Under the pieces are notes generated by a model that made no database searches, was not told the DNA's origin, and saw nothing but the letters and a program-made list of their open reading frames with translations. A stretch of DNA of 63,410 nt, counting the filler, from Sphacelaria rigidula (lineage: Eukaryota), in assembly GCA_964200075.2 (NCBI GenBank). It is 9 parts of 9 records of this genome, joined end to end, with 100 filler letters (N's around TTAATTAATTAA, not from the genome) between each part and the next. Parts side by side here need not be neighbours in the genome. Positions count along the whole stretch, not along the records: positions 21,173 to 28,129 come from CAXNAA020017214.1; positions 28,230 to 35,186 come from CAXNAA020017215.1; positions 35,287 to 42,242 come from CAXNAA020017216.1; 6 more parts are not named here. The stretch is one strand, 5' to 3'. Position 1 is the first letter of the stretch, and every line of letters starts with the position of its first letter. Positions 25,353 to 38,508 of this stretch are shown here, in pieces. Position numbers and translations under genes: made by a program.

Positions 25353-26894
25353 GCCTACGTCGTCGCCCGCCTAGGTCGTTGTTTTTTCTGCTATACTCTC
25401 TTGTCGAGCTGAAGAAGATGTACCTGCGCGCCGAGCGGACTAGTACAAGCGTTGGTTTTGAGCGTTCGATCCCCCTCGGACTTTTCCGATACTATCGCCT
25501 CGCTGATTACTCTTATGCATTTATTGACGGCTCTGGGCTGTGCGTGTCACCTTTGTGGTGCGCAGCTCAATGGTACCTGACGGAGTCTGGGGCCCTGCTG
25601 CGTATCCTCCACATGGACATACATTCGACTGGCGATTCGAACAACATGACAGATTTTCAGCCAGTTTTTTGTTGTGTGAAACCCAGGGGTTGGGGGATTG
25701 CGGGCCACATGCGGCGCATCCTGCTATTACAAGTGCTTGTTTTTATGGCCTAGAATATAAAGTGGTGGTCTTGGCGCATGCGGAACAGTTTGAGAGGTGG
25801 TACGTATAGGTGTTCAACACACGAGCGACACACTGCAGAATGGTGTTGGCCGGTCGTTAACTGTGTCTACGTGGGTACGGAGAAAATAGCGTGGCTGGCT
25901 GGAGCCATGCTTTCTCAAAGCTAGTGTAGCTCCATGTGCGACCTGTACAAACTTGCAGAAGTACCAAAGTAAAAGGGCACATATATCGCAACGCCTTCTC
26001 GTAGTGCCTATATTCGCCAAAACATCGCATGTGCCACCGAGCAGTGTGCATGCGGTAAGGGCCGTCATCATCGACGAACAAAAGAAATGGGAGAAGGTCT
26101 GAAATTGCGGCAATCGCCTGAAATGCTCAGTATTATCTAGATCTAGTCTAGTGTTGCTGTTAAATATCTCAATACAGATGGTGTTGATCTCGTCGTTCGC
26201 TTGCCTTAGCCGGCAACATAAAGGACAAGGTTATGCCACCTGCCTGTGTATGGTGGCGTTCATTACTACTAGCGGTAAGGCACGGCTGACGCACGTGGTA
26301 GCAGCGCCGCAAGTATCAAGTATCCCGCGGCCGGTCTGGAGTGCGTGGAGGTTTTGAACAACAAAGCGAAAAATAAACCAATGACGTTCTCACGACCTCT
26401 CTGTGACACTGGGGGGGGGGGGGCAGTCGGACAGGCTAGGGCGTGATCGACCGGCTCTCTCTGGATGCTGCAGCAGCACACACGAGTAAAAATACCGACG
26501 ACTGTAGAAAGCCCCGTGCAAAGATTGCAGCATGCTTGCTATTTCTGTGAGTTGCATGCGCAGATATACCCAATTATACCACCAGCTATACAGTACACTT
26601 CTCAGACCGTGCGGTAGCGTACACTCGTAGCAGCACTGCAGGTAAGTAGGTGGCTACTGGATTATTTCTGCTCTTCACTTCGGAACTGCATAGTCTATGT
26701 CTGCGAAGAAAGAACGACCACCGTGCTTGACCCCAACAGCTCCAACACCGCTGCCGGGGCACACACCGTCTAAGGAGATAGATACCGCCAACCGGCGGTG
26801 CTTTTTACTCCAAGACATAGCCCAGGGTGTCACTAGCAAGGTTCCTGATTATTCTCGCATGCTTGCGAACGTCACGGCGGGCGCCCATAAGGGC

Positions 26895-27880
26895 AGCTCT
26901 GCGGAGTATTGCGCTGCGGTCCGAACCGAAATATTCGGCGTTCGCCAAACGTGAAGGCTTGGCGAAAAAATCTAGCCGCTTCATTTTCGGAGAACGCCAA
27001 GCGCCAGCTGCGAAAACGCCAAAAAAATTGGCGATCTCCGAAAAAACTGTGTCGATAATAACGGCCCGAAGTAGCAGGGACGAGGACACTAGATCAGAGC
27101 AGCAAGCTGGCTGGGCACTCTGCAGTAGTACATATATATATACACACACACATAAATATGTACGTACTGCTGGGGTAGAAGGACCAGTCAGTAGCGTCGA
27201 GAGATACGTGCATAGTACAGTATGAACAGGCATGGAGGACAGTACAAGCAGTAGTGATTGCTGCTAGTACGCTTCCTCGCTCACGGCTGATAGTTTATCG
27301 GAGGTTTTGCTTGCCGTTTCGAGTAGGAAACAGGTTCTTCTTCTTCGGTCTTGCTTTCCTCCTGTGTGACCCCGGCTGATCCGCCCGCATTTACCGAAAG
27401 GTGTAGAGTGGCTTGCAGGATAGATGGCATGACAACACACACAGTGTTCGTGCTTGCAATATTAGCAACCGACTGTCTCGTTTCAGGTGGGACCGCAACG
27501 GCCATCAGTAGTATACGTGGCACTGCGGTGTAATGAGAATGGTAAATTACGTGTTGCACGTCCTGTCTGTAGTCCCTCGGTCGGAATTTTGTTTCCATGC
27601 GGGCGATATTGCCACCCCTCCAAAAGTACGAAGACCACGAAAGCGCGAGGAGGGAGAAATAAATGGTGTACATAACTATACGCATTTCATAATTCCATTC
27701 GGTTATTGTCTGAGGCCCATAATTATCTACACTGCTGATTTTTTTTTCCGAGGTCGCAGAATTTTTCGGACTTTTCGGATCCTTCGTCAAGACTTTTCCG
27801 AAAACGAAGCGGCTTGATTTTTTCAACAAAGCTGCATTATTGGAGGGATCCGAAAAACTCGGACTGCAACGCAGCGGTTC
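26895..27880. repeat. Diverged inverted repeat pair (26895-27067 vs 27714-27880), with a SINE fragment at 27355-27440
   Basis: aaaaaatctagccgcttcattttcgga matches rc aaaaaatcaagccgcttcgttttcgga, and the flanks align similarly. Confidence 0.6.
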
Positions 27881-29319
27881 GGGGATTTGCGCCCTGTTTG
27901 TACGTCGTGGCGCTCGCAAGTGTTCGAGTGCCATCAGGTAGTGAGTAAACAGGGAGTTGACCGAGTCTGTTTGGCGTGAGTTGACGCGCTGCGGGAGTGC
28001 TGACCCACTCCGCGAGACCAAAATGCAAGGCGTGTATACCGGGCAGAGTGTTCGTATGATGGCCTGCGGTGTCCAGTAAGATACATCTAGTCAGGGTAAG
28101 GTACAACAGTATAGTGATATACCTGTTTGNNNNNNNNNNNNNNNNNNNNNNNNNNNNNNNNNNNNNNNNNNNNTTAATTAATTAANNNNNNNNNNNNNNN
28201 NNNNNNNNNNNNNNNNNNNNNNNNNNNNNCACTGATTGACCGCTTTTCACTCTCAATCGTATCATCTACTCTCAATCTCACGAAAATACTGTTGAGGATT
28301 GTACGGATATAGGATCTTTTGAGTAAGAACACGGAACCTCGGGAGGTTCCGTGGAGCAAATACGCTTTTGGGTAGGTATAGATCAGATCGATGTTTTCCC
28401 CAGATCCCGAGGGGCAGCACGCCTTCCGGTTATAGATCATAGGTCCAGGGAGAGGCTTCGACCTCCCCTACTGTCCCACTCTCAGCTTGGACGTTCAGCC
28501 ATCAACCACTACATTGCCTCTGGCCATTACTGTTGGAAGCTAGGAATGAGAACCGTCACATTAATCATGTGAGAACCAGCTTCCTGTTTGAGCTTCCTAT
28601 TCGGTCGAATAGGTGCGAAAAGCTTTGAGCGTGAATCTTGGATTGCCAGACACTCTATATTCGTTTTGCTCCTGTTGCACAAGATAAGGTTGGCTGACAC
28701 AAGAGGTATCACCTTCCAACACCTTTACAAAGAAAGAATAGCCGGTAGCAGTGCACATTCCACTCGGATTTCGTTTTTAAGCGAGTTTTCAGTGTCAGAG
28801 TGCCGTTTGGACTCCTTCACTCTGAAAACCGTTGTTCCTCTTCAGAGTTCATAGCGGGACAAAAACGAACCACGCCCATTTTCACCACCATCGCCACGGC
28901 CAGTTCAAAATCAATACACCCCAACAAGCAAAGTGGAACATTCATCACAGCTGCCATGCTCATCACAATGGGCCATTCACGAAGTAGAGAAGCTTAGCAT
29001 GGCAATCAGAAGACCCCCCTGACGCTGCCATGGTATCAGCATTCATTCGCTCGGTAGTGTTGCATGAAAATTCAAATGCTCGGCGGGTACATGGCGTTGC
29101 CTTGGGTGCAGTTCCTCACTCCCACCAGCTTCCCCTGGAAAAAGACGGTGTGAACGATTCGTAGTGTACAGCACACAACAAGCAGTACTACACCTGGCTG
29201 CATTTACATTATGTTATTCTGAGATCAAGACGTTATGCGCCACCATTATGGGTAACATGTTCAAAAATCATCACATTGCGGCCTTGTCTGTTGTTTGAAA
29301 GTGCTGCGTATGGTACTGT

Positions 29320-29514
29320 TGTAATGCGTGAGAGGACCGCGCCGCAGTTCAAAACACCTCAGGATCGATATTCTTCAAAACCAAACGGGCCAGTCCCTGT
29401 AGGTACCACGCCCCTGGCAATAACCCCAACACTAACCCTAACCCTAACCTTAACCAAGGGGATGTTCAAATTCCGATGCGGTCCTCTACACACGCGGTCC
29501 TCTCACGCATTACA
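29320..29514 (+). mobile_element. Telomere-repeat-containing MITE
   Basis: Same TIRs, TSD CTGT, internal (AACCCT)n. Confidence 0.88.
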
Positions 29515-30099
29515 CTGTACTGTTGTACAACTGACGTCTGTACGGTATCGCTGTGGTTCGCCGTACCGCAATGCACTGTTGTAAAGGTCTGCATTGCGCT
29601 GTCTGCACCTCACATTGCACAACACTACAGCACTACAGTGGCCTGTCGAGCGCCGTATTAGATTGAATTACTGCAGATGCAGTAAAGCATAGTGTACGGC
29701 ACGTACGATGCCGCAGGGTATGGTACCGTTTTCAGTGCTCTGTCGGCCTCTGCACTTTCGAACTGGACGCTGATCGATCGTACATTTGGCGGGGCAACCT
29801 GCGGGAAATCACCGCGACCCAAAAATATTACGTCAAGCCAGGTCACATAAGGCCTGTGCTCTGAACTTTCAGCGTCCACTCTGAAGTTTCACAGCTTCCA
29901 CCCTGCCCTCTCACTGTATGATGAGAAAAAAGCATCTTACGAAACTCCAATGCCTGACGACAATTACATATTGGAATGAAAAAGGTGTGCAGCTCATCAC
30001 GCAGCCCCCTCACCCGGGTCAAATACGCGTAGCTCATGTGGCTCTGGCAGCTCATCCAGGGCGACCGTGCGCTGATAAGCTGTGTCCCGTAGGTCACCC

Positions 30100-30532
30100 A
30101 AGAACAGAGGATTTTATAAAATGAGGTTCATCAATGAAAAATAATGAGGTTCGAGCTCAAAACAGTACTTTCTCCACGCTTCCAGCGATGGTGCCCAATG
30201 ACTTTCTTGTCGGCCTAATGCCCCTCGATCGCGTAGATACTTCTTCAGCGCATTTTATAGACTCTGTGAGCTTACGGCAGCGCTGTCCGAAACCGCCATT
30301 TCTACTTATTTTTTACGGGGGGGGAGTGATATCAGGGAAAACAGCAGTTTCGGTCAGCGCTGTAAGCTCACAGGGCCGGTAAAATGCGCTGAAAAAGTAT
30401 CCACGCGATCGAGGGGCATTAGGCCGACACAAAAGTCATTGGGCACCATCGCTGAATATGTGGAGAAGGTACTGTTCTGGTCTCGAACCCCATTTCATTG
30501 ATGAACCTCATTTTATATCATCCTTTGTTCAA
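30100..30532. mobile_element. Foldback element with ~175-bp inverted arms
   Basis: ataaaatgaggttcatcaatgaaa...cagcgatggtgcccaatgacttt...ggcctaatgcccctcgatcgcg is mirrored at 30360-30532. Confidence 0.85.
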
Positions 30533-30568
30533 GGCAAACATGCGTGGGCCATGAAGCTTCCAGAGCTT

Positions 30569-30751
30569 TGTCATGCGTGAGAGGACCGCGCCGTAGTTCA
30601 AAATACTTCAGGATCGACGTTTTTTATTACCGATCGGGCCAGTCCCTGCAGGTACCACGCCCCTGATCCTAACCCCAACCCTAACGCTAACCATGGGGAT
30701 GTTTAAATTCCGATGCGGTCCTCTAAGCACGCGGTCCTCTCACGCATTACA
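30569..30751 (+). mobile_element. Telomere-repeat-containing MITE
   Basis: Same TIRs, TSD GCTT. Confidence 0.87.
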
Positions 30752-30965
30752 GCTTACCCTGAGCACGTCCAGGGCAAACATGCGAGGATGAGCTTCATTC
30801 GTTGGCTCGCTCGCGGCAGACATGCATGCGTGGATGGGCTACGTCCGGCAGCTCACCCGAGGAAAATATGCGTAGCTAATAATGTAGTTCTCGCAGGAAG
30901 CTACGCTCCAAAAGAGCTAGGTCGAGCTAGAGGGAGCGGATCTGTCCGAGTTGTGCAGTAGTGTT

Positions 30966-31103
30966 TGTAATGCGTGGGAGGGGCGCGTGCTTTTTGGACA
31001 GGATCGGACTTTGAACAGGTAAGGATCGACGTTTTTCGAGACCGCTCGGGCCAGCTCCTACAGGGACCGCGCCCCTGACCTTAACGCTAACGCTAACCCT
31101 AAC
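30966..31103 (+). mobile_element. Truncated telomere-repeat MITE
   Basis: Left TIR and body present; the copy ends at taacgctaaccctaac. Confidence 0.7.
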
Positions 31104-31314
31104 TGTGCAGCCGTCAGCGAGGCCATTTAGCTATCCACAAAACTCCCTGCACCCGAAATTCATCCGCCATTCAGAGGGGTCAATTATTCCGTGGAGGTGT
31201 TTTATCCCTCAGGAAGTGTCAATTTTGCCCCCTCCAGAGAAATGAAACGCAGCTAGAGGAATCAGTGACCTCTAGAGGGATTTCATACTCCGTTGGGTCC
31301 TCCAAAGTGCATAT

Positions 31315-31525
31315 TGTAATGCGTGAGAGGACCGCGTGCTTATAGAACTGCATCGTAGTCCGAAACAAGTCAGTATCGACGTTTTTCAAAACCAAACGGG
31401 TAAGTCCCTGCAGGGACAACGCCCCTGACCCTAAGCCCAACACTAACACTAACCCTAACCCTAACCGCAGGTATGTTCGAATTCCGATGCGGTCCTCTAA
31501 GCACGAGGTGCCCTCACACATTGCG
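31315..31525 (+). mobile_element. Telomere-repeat-containing MITE
   Basis: Same TIRs (right end decayed), TSD atat/acat. Confidence 0.85.
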
Positions 31526-32331
31526 ACATACACCTAAACAGAAGTAACGACGAACGTACCAGTTGGCGTAACGGTGAAAATCCAAGCGGAGTAATTTGAC
31601 ATTTTTGGCGTATGCGAGGTTGTTGCGTGTTTCAAGTTGTCACTCCAAGCCTCAGCCTTCTATACAGAATGTTCACCGCCGACGACTCCCCATTACAGAA
31701 ACACCTACATCGACGGCTGAGTCAGGGCCTGGATCATGACACATTTCTTTACGGGCATTGTGTACACGTTTTCATTGGCTCGAGTGAACACGACATGAAG
31801 AGTCAGTAAGATGACACAGGGGGGGAAATACCTCAAGACTCCGCGCTTTCCGGGGTCCAGGAATAGTAGCCTTGGGCATTGATTGCATGCCCATGAATTT
31901 CTCCTCTCAATTGCTCGTTTACCGAGCTCATCAGTCCGTACGCTTTGCTTCCGGTCACGATGCATGCGATGGGCCGGCAGTGTAATGCAATGTGCAAGCT
32001 ACAACAGCTTTGACTTTCATGGATCTCACCTCGTCGCTGAGTTTGCCGACTCCTTTTACACTTTCGTATTGCGCAACTTGGATAGTCACTAAGCTTTGCA
32101 ACGGTAGTGACGCACCGAAAGACTGCCGGATACAACAGGAAATTGGAATTTGTAAGAATACGCGTGTGTACGCGGTTTTTGCAGGGCATAAGACCACTGG
32201 TGCGCCAGTCACAATTGACATCAGGGCCATTTCAATACTGTCTCATCGGGCAACGTGTTGATCGAAAACATCCTCCCCCCCCGCAACGTGGGATGCTTCC
32301 ACTTGCATAACGTTTGCTTGAGCTTGCGTAG

Positions 32332-33619
32332 GAGCGAATTCGTAGCTTCATCTGAAGGCAATGCGCAGTTCCAAGCACAGGAGAAGGCAGTGACGAGACT
32401 GCAAGATAGGGTTCAGTGGTACGAGAATGAAGTAACCAAGCAGCGACATCACGAGGAAGAGAACGCTGCCCTTCTGCGAGGCCAACAAACACAGATCGAA
32501 ACTCACAAAGTACGCATTGGTGATCTCAATGCCCGTCTTCGTGACACTGAAAATCAACTGATCGAGTGTGAGAGCCGCAATACTACACTCAGTCAGGACC
32601 TAAAAGCCGCCAAAAAGCAGCTCCAGTCTGAAACTGGGGCATCGGACCGAGCTCGGGGCAACTACAACTACGAGAAAGGTCTTTATCGCGCAAAAATTGA
32701 AAAACTGCAAAGGGACTTCGATGCGGCCGAAGATTTCCGCCGGCGTGCGGTAATGCAGAGTGCCAGATCGGCTGTCGATGCCGGTCACGATTACAACTCG
32801 GAGTATCCTTCCCCACCGGAGCTGGTGAAAAGCGTCAAGCGCTTCGCAGATGGAAACTTCGCTGATTTCATTGACACGACGATTGAACACGCCGACGAGT
32901 GGATGTCGACGGGCGATGAAGAGATTTTCGTGCAGCGCCTGACAATGGGTGTGCTCGTGACCATCGTCCACGAGTGCTACGAGTTAGTCGAAAAGGATAT
33001 TTCTGGTCGACTGAAACATCTTGCATCTGCCTTGGGGAGGGCGCACGTCGCTGGTCACGAGATTGGCGGTAGCGCTTGCCTGCCGGAGCTTCCTGCCAAC
33101 GTCAAAATGCTGCCTACTTCAATATTTCGGCAGGCGCACAGGTACATGTTTGCCCAGTACTTCCCAGCAGAGGGCATGGGGTCAGATTTAGTGAACCGAG
33201 TGTTATCCCGGGTACAATCTCGTGCAAAGGGTTCTGTGGACGTTCGTCTGAACAGGCTTCTCGCCGTGGAAGATGTTGCGAACGTGTGCTCGCGATTGGT
33301 GATAGAGCTCGCCCAGACGTTCCTCGAGTGTGAGCTTACTAGACCTAAGCCGCTGAGATTCTTCAACTCATTTGGGAAAAGGGAGGCATGGGACGATGAG
33401 GTGCACGGCGAGAGAACGATAGATCCATGGTATAATGGGCCGACGAGGTTGTCTTCTGGTAACGAAGTGCAGGTGATCCTTCCCGCTCTCTATCGGGCGG
33501 AAGGTGTAGGCGATCGTGAGGGTGACACCAGAAATCTTCTTGCTAAGGCAATTATATGGCTTCTTCCGAGTGGTGATAAAAAGCTGGTAGCACCAAACGT
33601 AATTGTTCGCAATCACTGA
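32332..33619 (+). CDS. Long (probably terminal) exon: coiled coil plus C-terminal MIEAP/GrpE-like beta domain
   Basis: Uninterrupted ORF (32255-33619, 454 aa) with a heptad-rich N-half and C-terminal WDDEVH...VQVILPALY...LLAKAIIWL. Candidate acceptor ttgcgtag| at 32331. Confidence 0.8.
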
Positions 33620-33855
33620 GGTACTTCTGATTAGTGAGCTTCAATGCGTATCATGCAAGAGGATGGTGTGCGCACATCGCATCGCCATGGTGGGTGTGCT
33701 ATCCGTGTTTTTTGTTGTAGTTCGAGTTGCGATAAGATCAGCTTGATTTTGGAGGGAATACATGCTATTGGGTGACAGCGCCCTCGCTTTGCTGGTCACA
33801 CACCTTGCGTGTCGTACGTTCAAGTACAGTGCTTCAGGTGAGATGGAGAAGTCAT

Positions 33856-34741
33856 TGTAATGCGTGAGAAGACCGCGTGCTTAGATGACCGCATCGGAAT
33901 TTGAACACGCCTATGGTTAGAGTTAGTGTGATGGTAAATGACGGAGTGCCTGAATTAAACTAGTTCTCTGAGATTTGCTGATGGTCCCCAGAAACGACCG
34001 GCGGGTATGAAAAGATTTTAGTCGGATGTATGCTTGTGTACGAGAGAAAGTAGATTGTTGAAGCGTTGATCCAGTCCACGAGTGGGATAAGGTCTGTACC
34101 CGATTTATCAGCGTGTACCCGCTGCTACTACAGCTTTGATTGGCTACAGCATGGCGCGTCATGCTGATTTTGTATCATGACAAGATTGTAAGCGAGGAAG
34201 AAGGACGTGTTGGTAAAACAGCGAACCAAGCTGCTGCTACCCACCTTCTTCACTCGACACACCGATCAGTCTGCAGGCATCTATTCGATATAAGAAGAGC
34301 TTTTAGCCATCACCTACCACCATCGGTCTCTTCGCCTACAAGGTCACGAGCCCACAGCCTTGACGTGAGTCTCTAGCTGTGCTGTACCATCACCCTTACC
34401 CACAATTGTTATTGTGTTTGGCTTTGGGCTGTGTGATTTTCCCATAAACAGCTGAGTTTTTGTATTTAGGGAATGAAACCGCAGTTTGACTTTAGCATAA
34501 CGAACCAGGACGCCTACTGATATCCTCCGAAGGGTGTGGCTTGCTTGAATCGGCGTATACGGCATTACTGCTCTGCGGTATTGCTTATACCACGACATTA
34601 GGGTCAGGGTTAGTTTTAGATTCATGGTCAGGAGCGTGGTACCTGCAGGAACTGGCTCGATTGGTTTCGAAAAACGTCGCTCCTGAGGTGTTTTGAACTA
34701 CGGCGCGGCCCTCTAAGCACGCGGTCCTCTCACGCATTATA
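33856..34741 (-). mobile_element. Telomere-repeat MITE split by an insertion
   Basis: Left half 33856-33926 and right half 34598-34741, with TSD GTCAT. Confidence 0.82.
33927..34597. mobile_element. 671-bp solo-LTR-like element
   Basis: TGTGATGGTA...TACCACGACA termini with TTAG on both sides; no coding signal. Confidence 0.7.
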
Positions 34742-36290
34742 GTCATTCCAAACTCGGCGGTCGGTGACGGTGTAAGTGTCGATACTTCCATTTAAGTGAT
34801 AGCGGTGTTGAAAAAAGAGTCCGTCTTGTATGCCCAAACAAATGCTGCCCTGGTGCTGCAATTCTCAAGAACATGAAGACGGCGAGTTCCAGGTATTTGT
34901 CATTTTTACTATCCACCAGGAGGATATTGGGTGGAGAAAGGTGTGGGACACGAGTATCGGGAGTGGGGGTGGAGCACCACCCTTACCACGAACCATGATC
35001 TCCACTCGGCTCAGGAGCCACAATCCGTCATTCATCCACGATCCACGAATCAACTTTTCTCAATCCTAGGAATATGATCAATCTCTCGTTCTCCAACCAC
35101 AGGGAACCTTTCGAATGAATGATACTTCCTCTGTCCCATAAGTAAAGTCCGTTATGTTTATACGAGCCCTTGACGGTGTCCGATTTNNNNNNNNNNNNNN
35201 NNNNNNNNNNNNNNNNNNNNNNNNNNNNNNTTAATTAATTAANNNNNNNNNNNNNNNNNNNNNNNNNNNNNNNNNNNNNNNNNNNNGTCTTATGACTATG
35301 GCATGCATGATCATGAGTACACCCCCCCCCCCTCGACATTGTAGCATGACTCTAGTCTACCCTAGATTCTTCGTGTGATGGAAATTTCGAGTACCTCAGG
35401 GTACTTAATATGTTGGCTGCCGAATCTTCAGCGAATATTCCGGGATAGATCAAATATCGACCAAAAAATATACCGACTGCCCAAGAGTACCCAAGGCACT
35501 GAGTCGTTTCCATGCCCGAGCTTACCCTAAGCACCTTTGCAATGGTCGACAATAAACGGCAAGGTGGGTACGGAGGAAGAGGTGAGTTAATATCCCGAAG
35601 CTAGGGGAGACTCGTCCAGAGAGAGCGAGGGTTAAGATTATGATTCGACCAAGGGAGAGAGTGATCAACACAACGTCCGCGCCAGGGCAATATATTTTAC
35701 GAAGCGGCGGATCGCACGGTAGAGGCAGGGTACAATTCAGAGGAGGGTAGGGTACAAATCAGCTCGAGCTCAAGGTATTCGAGGGCCGTTGATCTATTAC
35801 CGCACAGCTTCACAATATTTTCGTGGGTGAAGGCGTTGTCAACAGCAGGGGATAAACGCCTGCGTGTGTAATATTCCAGAACCATTGATAAGGGGTCCCC
35901 TCGTTATGTTGGTGTTATTGAGAGCACACAGATGAAATTACTATATGTTCAACGACCCTCTTCATATTTTGAATTAAAGGTCTTTTTTTGTAGGGAGTGA
36001 CTCTAAACGACACCCCGTCTTCCCTATCGTATAGGATTGACTACTAAAGTGGAAGCAAAACTGCTTAAACCACACTGACACCAAGTGCTATTTGATCTTC
36101 ACACGAAACTATATTTCATACCAGGCATTGAAATCACATTGACACCAAGCAAAAACTATTGACGTTCATCAATCGCCCCTAGATCCTACTCTACTGATCA
36201 TACTTTCCCTGTGACGTCGTCTCTCTCCCTAATGGACAAACCCACTGCCGGCACCCCCCACTCGCGCTCGTCCCCTCAGTGATCCTGATA

Positions 36291-37237
36291 TCATGCCCCA
36301 CGCCGCGAGAAATGTCGCTGCGGGTCATCCGACAATAATTGTTGGTCATCAGCGTGTATGCCTCCGGCGTTACAGGCATATCTCCGATATCCTTTGTCGT
36401 CGTTAACTGCAATGGACCCGCCCGTAAAAACTGTGGACGCGTCGTACGTGGGTTGTGGCGCAAAATCTCCTTCAGTGATATTGCGGTCGACGTTCCGATT
36501 ATGGCTGTCGTAATGGTGGTGGCTTCGCTCGTCATGATGGTGGGAGTGACGGCTTTGCTGTCGAAACACTCCGCTGCTTTCACCACCGCCACTGCTACTG
36601 CCATCATCATAGCGTCTTTGAGATGATGATAACGTAGTGGCGGGGTCCACGAGATGGAACGGTGCTGTTGGTGTTGTTGCTGCTGCTCTGATTGTTTTTG
36701 GCACCACCTTATCTTCTGGTGCATTGCGTGCCCAGTCATGGTCAATATGTACCCCCCCATGGCCGTCTTTCATGTGGGTCGCAATGGCGGGAAATTGTTG
36801 TATCATACCATGAAGGCGATGTGACGACCCGCAGCATCCTTCCTGGTTATCGCGGTGGCTGTGTCTCGCGCCTGGCGAAAAATGCAGCGGTGTACGACTT
36901 TCGCTCGGTACACCTCGTAGTTCACTCTGAAAAAAAATGTTGGGATCGTAGGATTTGCCTTCATGGATGTAATGGTTGCCGGGAATTCCTGTGTCTTTTT
37001 CCGCTTCCCATGCGGCAGCAGCCGTTGTGGTAATAGCTTGTTGCTGCTGCAGGCGGTGGCGTCGCTGGCGGTCAGGAGTAGGATGACGGTTGCCACTGTT
37101 TTGCATACGATACCGCTGTTGCTGCTGCTGCTGTGGTAGGGTGTGCCAAGACAATACGTGGTCGGTCTCGTGTATCGTCAGGGGTGCCTGAATAGCTGCC
37201 GCCGAACCCATTCGGTAGCGTTGATTTGAGTGGTGAC
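36291..37237 (-). CDS. Probable last exon of a low-complexity (Q/H/S/G-rich) protein gene
   Basis: catcag| acceptor; phase 1 matches the upstream donor; 315 open codons. Confidence 0.7.
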
Positions 37238-37616
37238 CTGATGACAGCCAAGGCGGTTCAACAGAAAGATAGTATTTCAGTTTATTTTCTGAAGCGAAAC
37301 GACATCCGCTTGTCATAAAACAGAGGAACCGTCCACCAAACGTAGGACCCACCTTTCAGCGAAATGGTTTTAACGACGTTTTCCGGAACCGCGTACACAA
37401 CAATACCACCCTTCCGAAAACGCGGTCGCATCTCGAAAACGAATGTTTGACTTCTGACGAACAAGAAGCGAGAGCTGTTCGCCTAAGTGACCTTGATCCG
37501 CGCACCACACTCTGTAAATGCCCGGTGTGAAACGCTCGCACGAACTCAGCTGGCACTTCTAATTCCAGCCCTCTTTGGCCGCATGGCACCTCTTTCTATT
37601 CCCCTAAATTACACAC

Positions 37617-38293
37617 CCTCGGGAGACGATGGCGTGCTCGCGAGCAGACGCTGCTGTCCCATCGCCGCCGCTCCGATCCGCGCGTCGCTACCCGCGGTAG
37701 CAGCATCCCCCAAGAATGTTCCCCGGTTGCGAATCTCTCCGCAGGTATTGACGACTCGATCGGTGACAATGCCGCCCGTGTTAATATGATGCCGACTATC
37801 GTCGTTCCAATGACTGTAGTGATCGTTGTGTCCGTGTCCCATGCCGTTGCCTTCAGCCTGATACCGCGGCGCCGTAGCTTCATTGTCGCGAAGCATGTCA
37901 CCGCCGTCAACGCGATTACCTGTATCGCCGGTCGCTGAAATGACCCCCGCGTGTGGAAGCGCCGGGAACACGACATATCCCTCACCTTGCCGCCCTCCTC
38001 TCCGCTCTGGTATCACGGGGAATACGCCCGGTGCAATTACAGCGTTTCTGTTGTTTTGTATCCCTCGGTCGTATCGATCGTCTTTCATCGCGTTGGGTAT
38101 TCTGAGTGGCGATCCTCTAGAGCTGCTCATACCGATTTGATTCTGTGATGTCTGTGCGCCCACCCGTGTCACAGATACTGACGATGGTGATTTTGACGTG
38201 AACGCATCGGACGTTTCGCTCCCAGCCCCAACCTGCCTCCTTCTCCTACAAGTGGGTATCTCACCGCCGCCGCCGTCGCCACCTCCGTGTGCT
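37617..38293 (-). CDS. Internal exon of the same gene
   Basis: tctctag| acceptor in phase 2 and GAGG|gtgtgt donor in phase 1; frame open throughout. Confidence 0.72.
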
Positions 38294-38508
38294 CTAGAGA
38301 ATGACAGACGGAGATGCAGAATGAGACACAGATAGGCAGGTGAAGAACAGAGATGAGGATACGAATGAACACAGACAAATACACCAGGTAGACACGGAAA
38401 AAGATAAAAGACCGACATACCGATAGAGGGGAGGATGTTTGATTCACGTAGAAAAGCTGTCCAGCACCGACGAGTCTCATGCAGCCGTCAGTGATTTTTT
38501 CGTTTCAC

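Noticed and set aside
27281-28021. 246-aa ORF
   Set aside because: Spans an inverted-repeat fragment and a SINE piece; no protein-like motifs.
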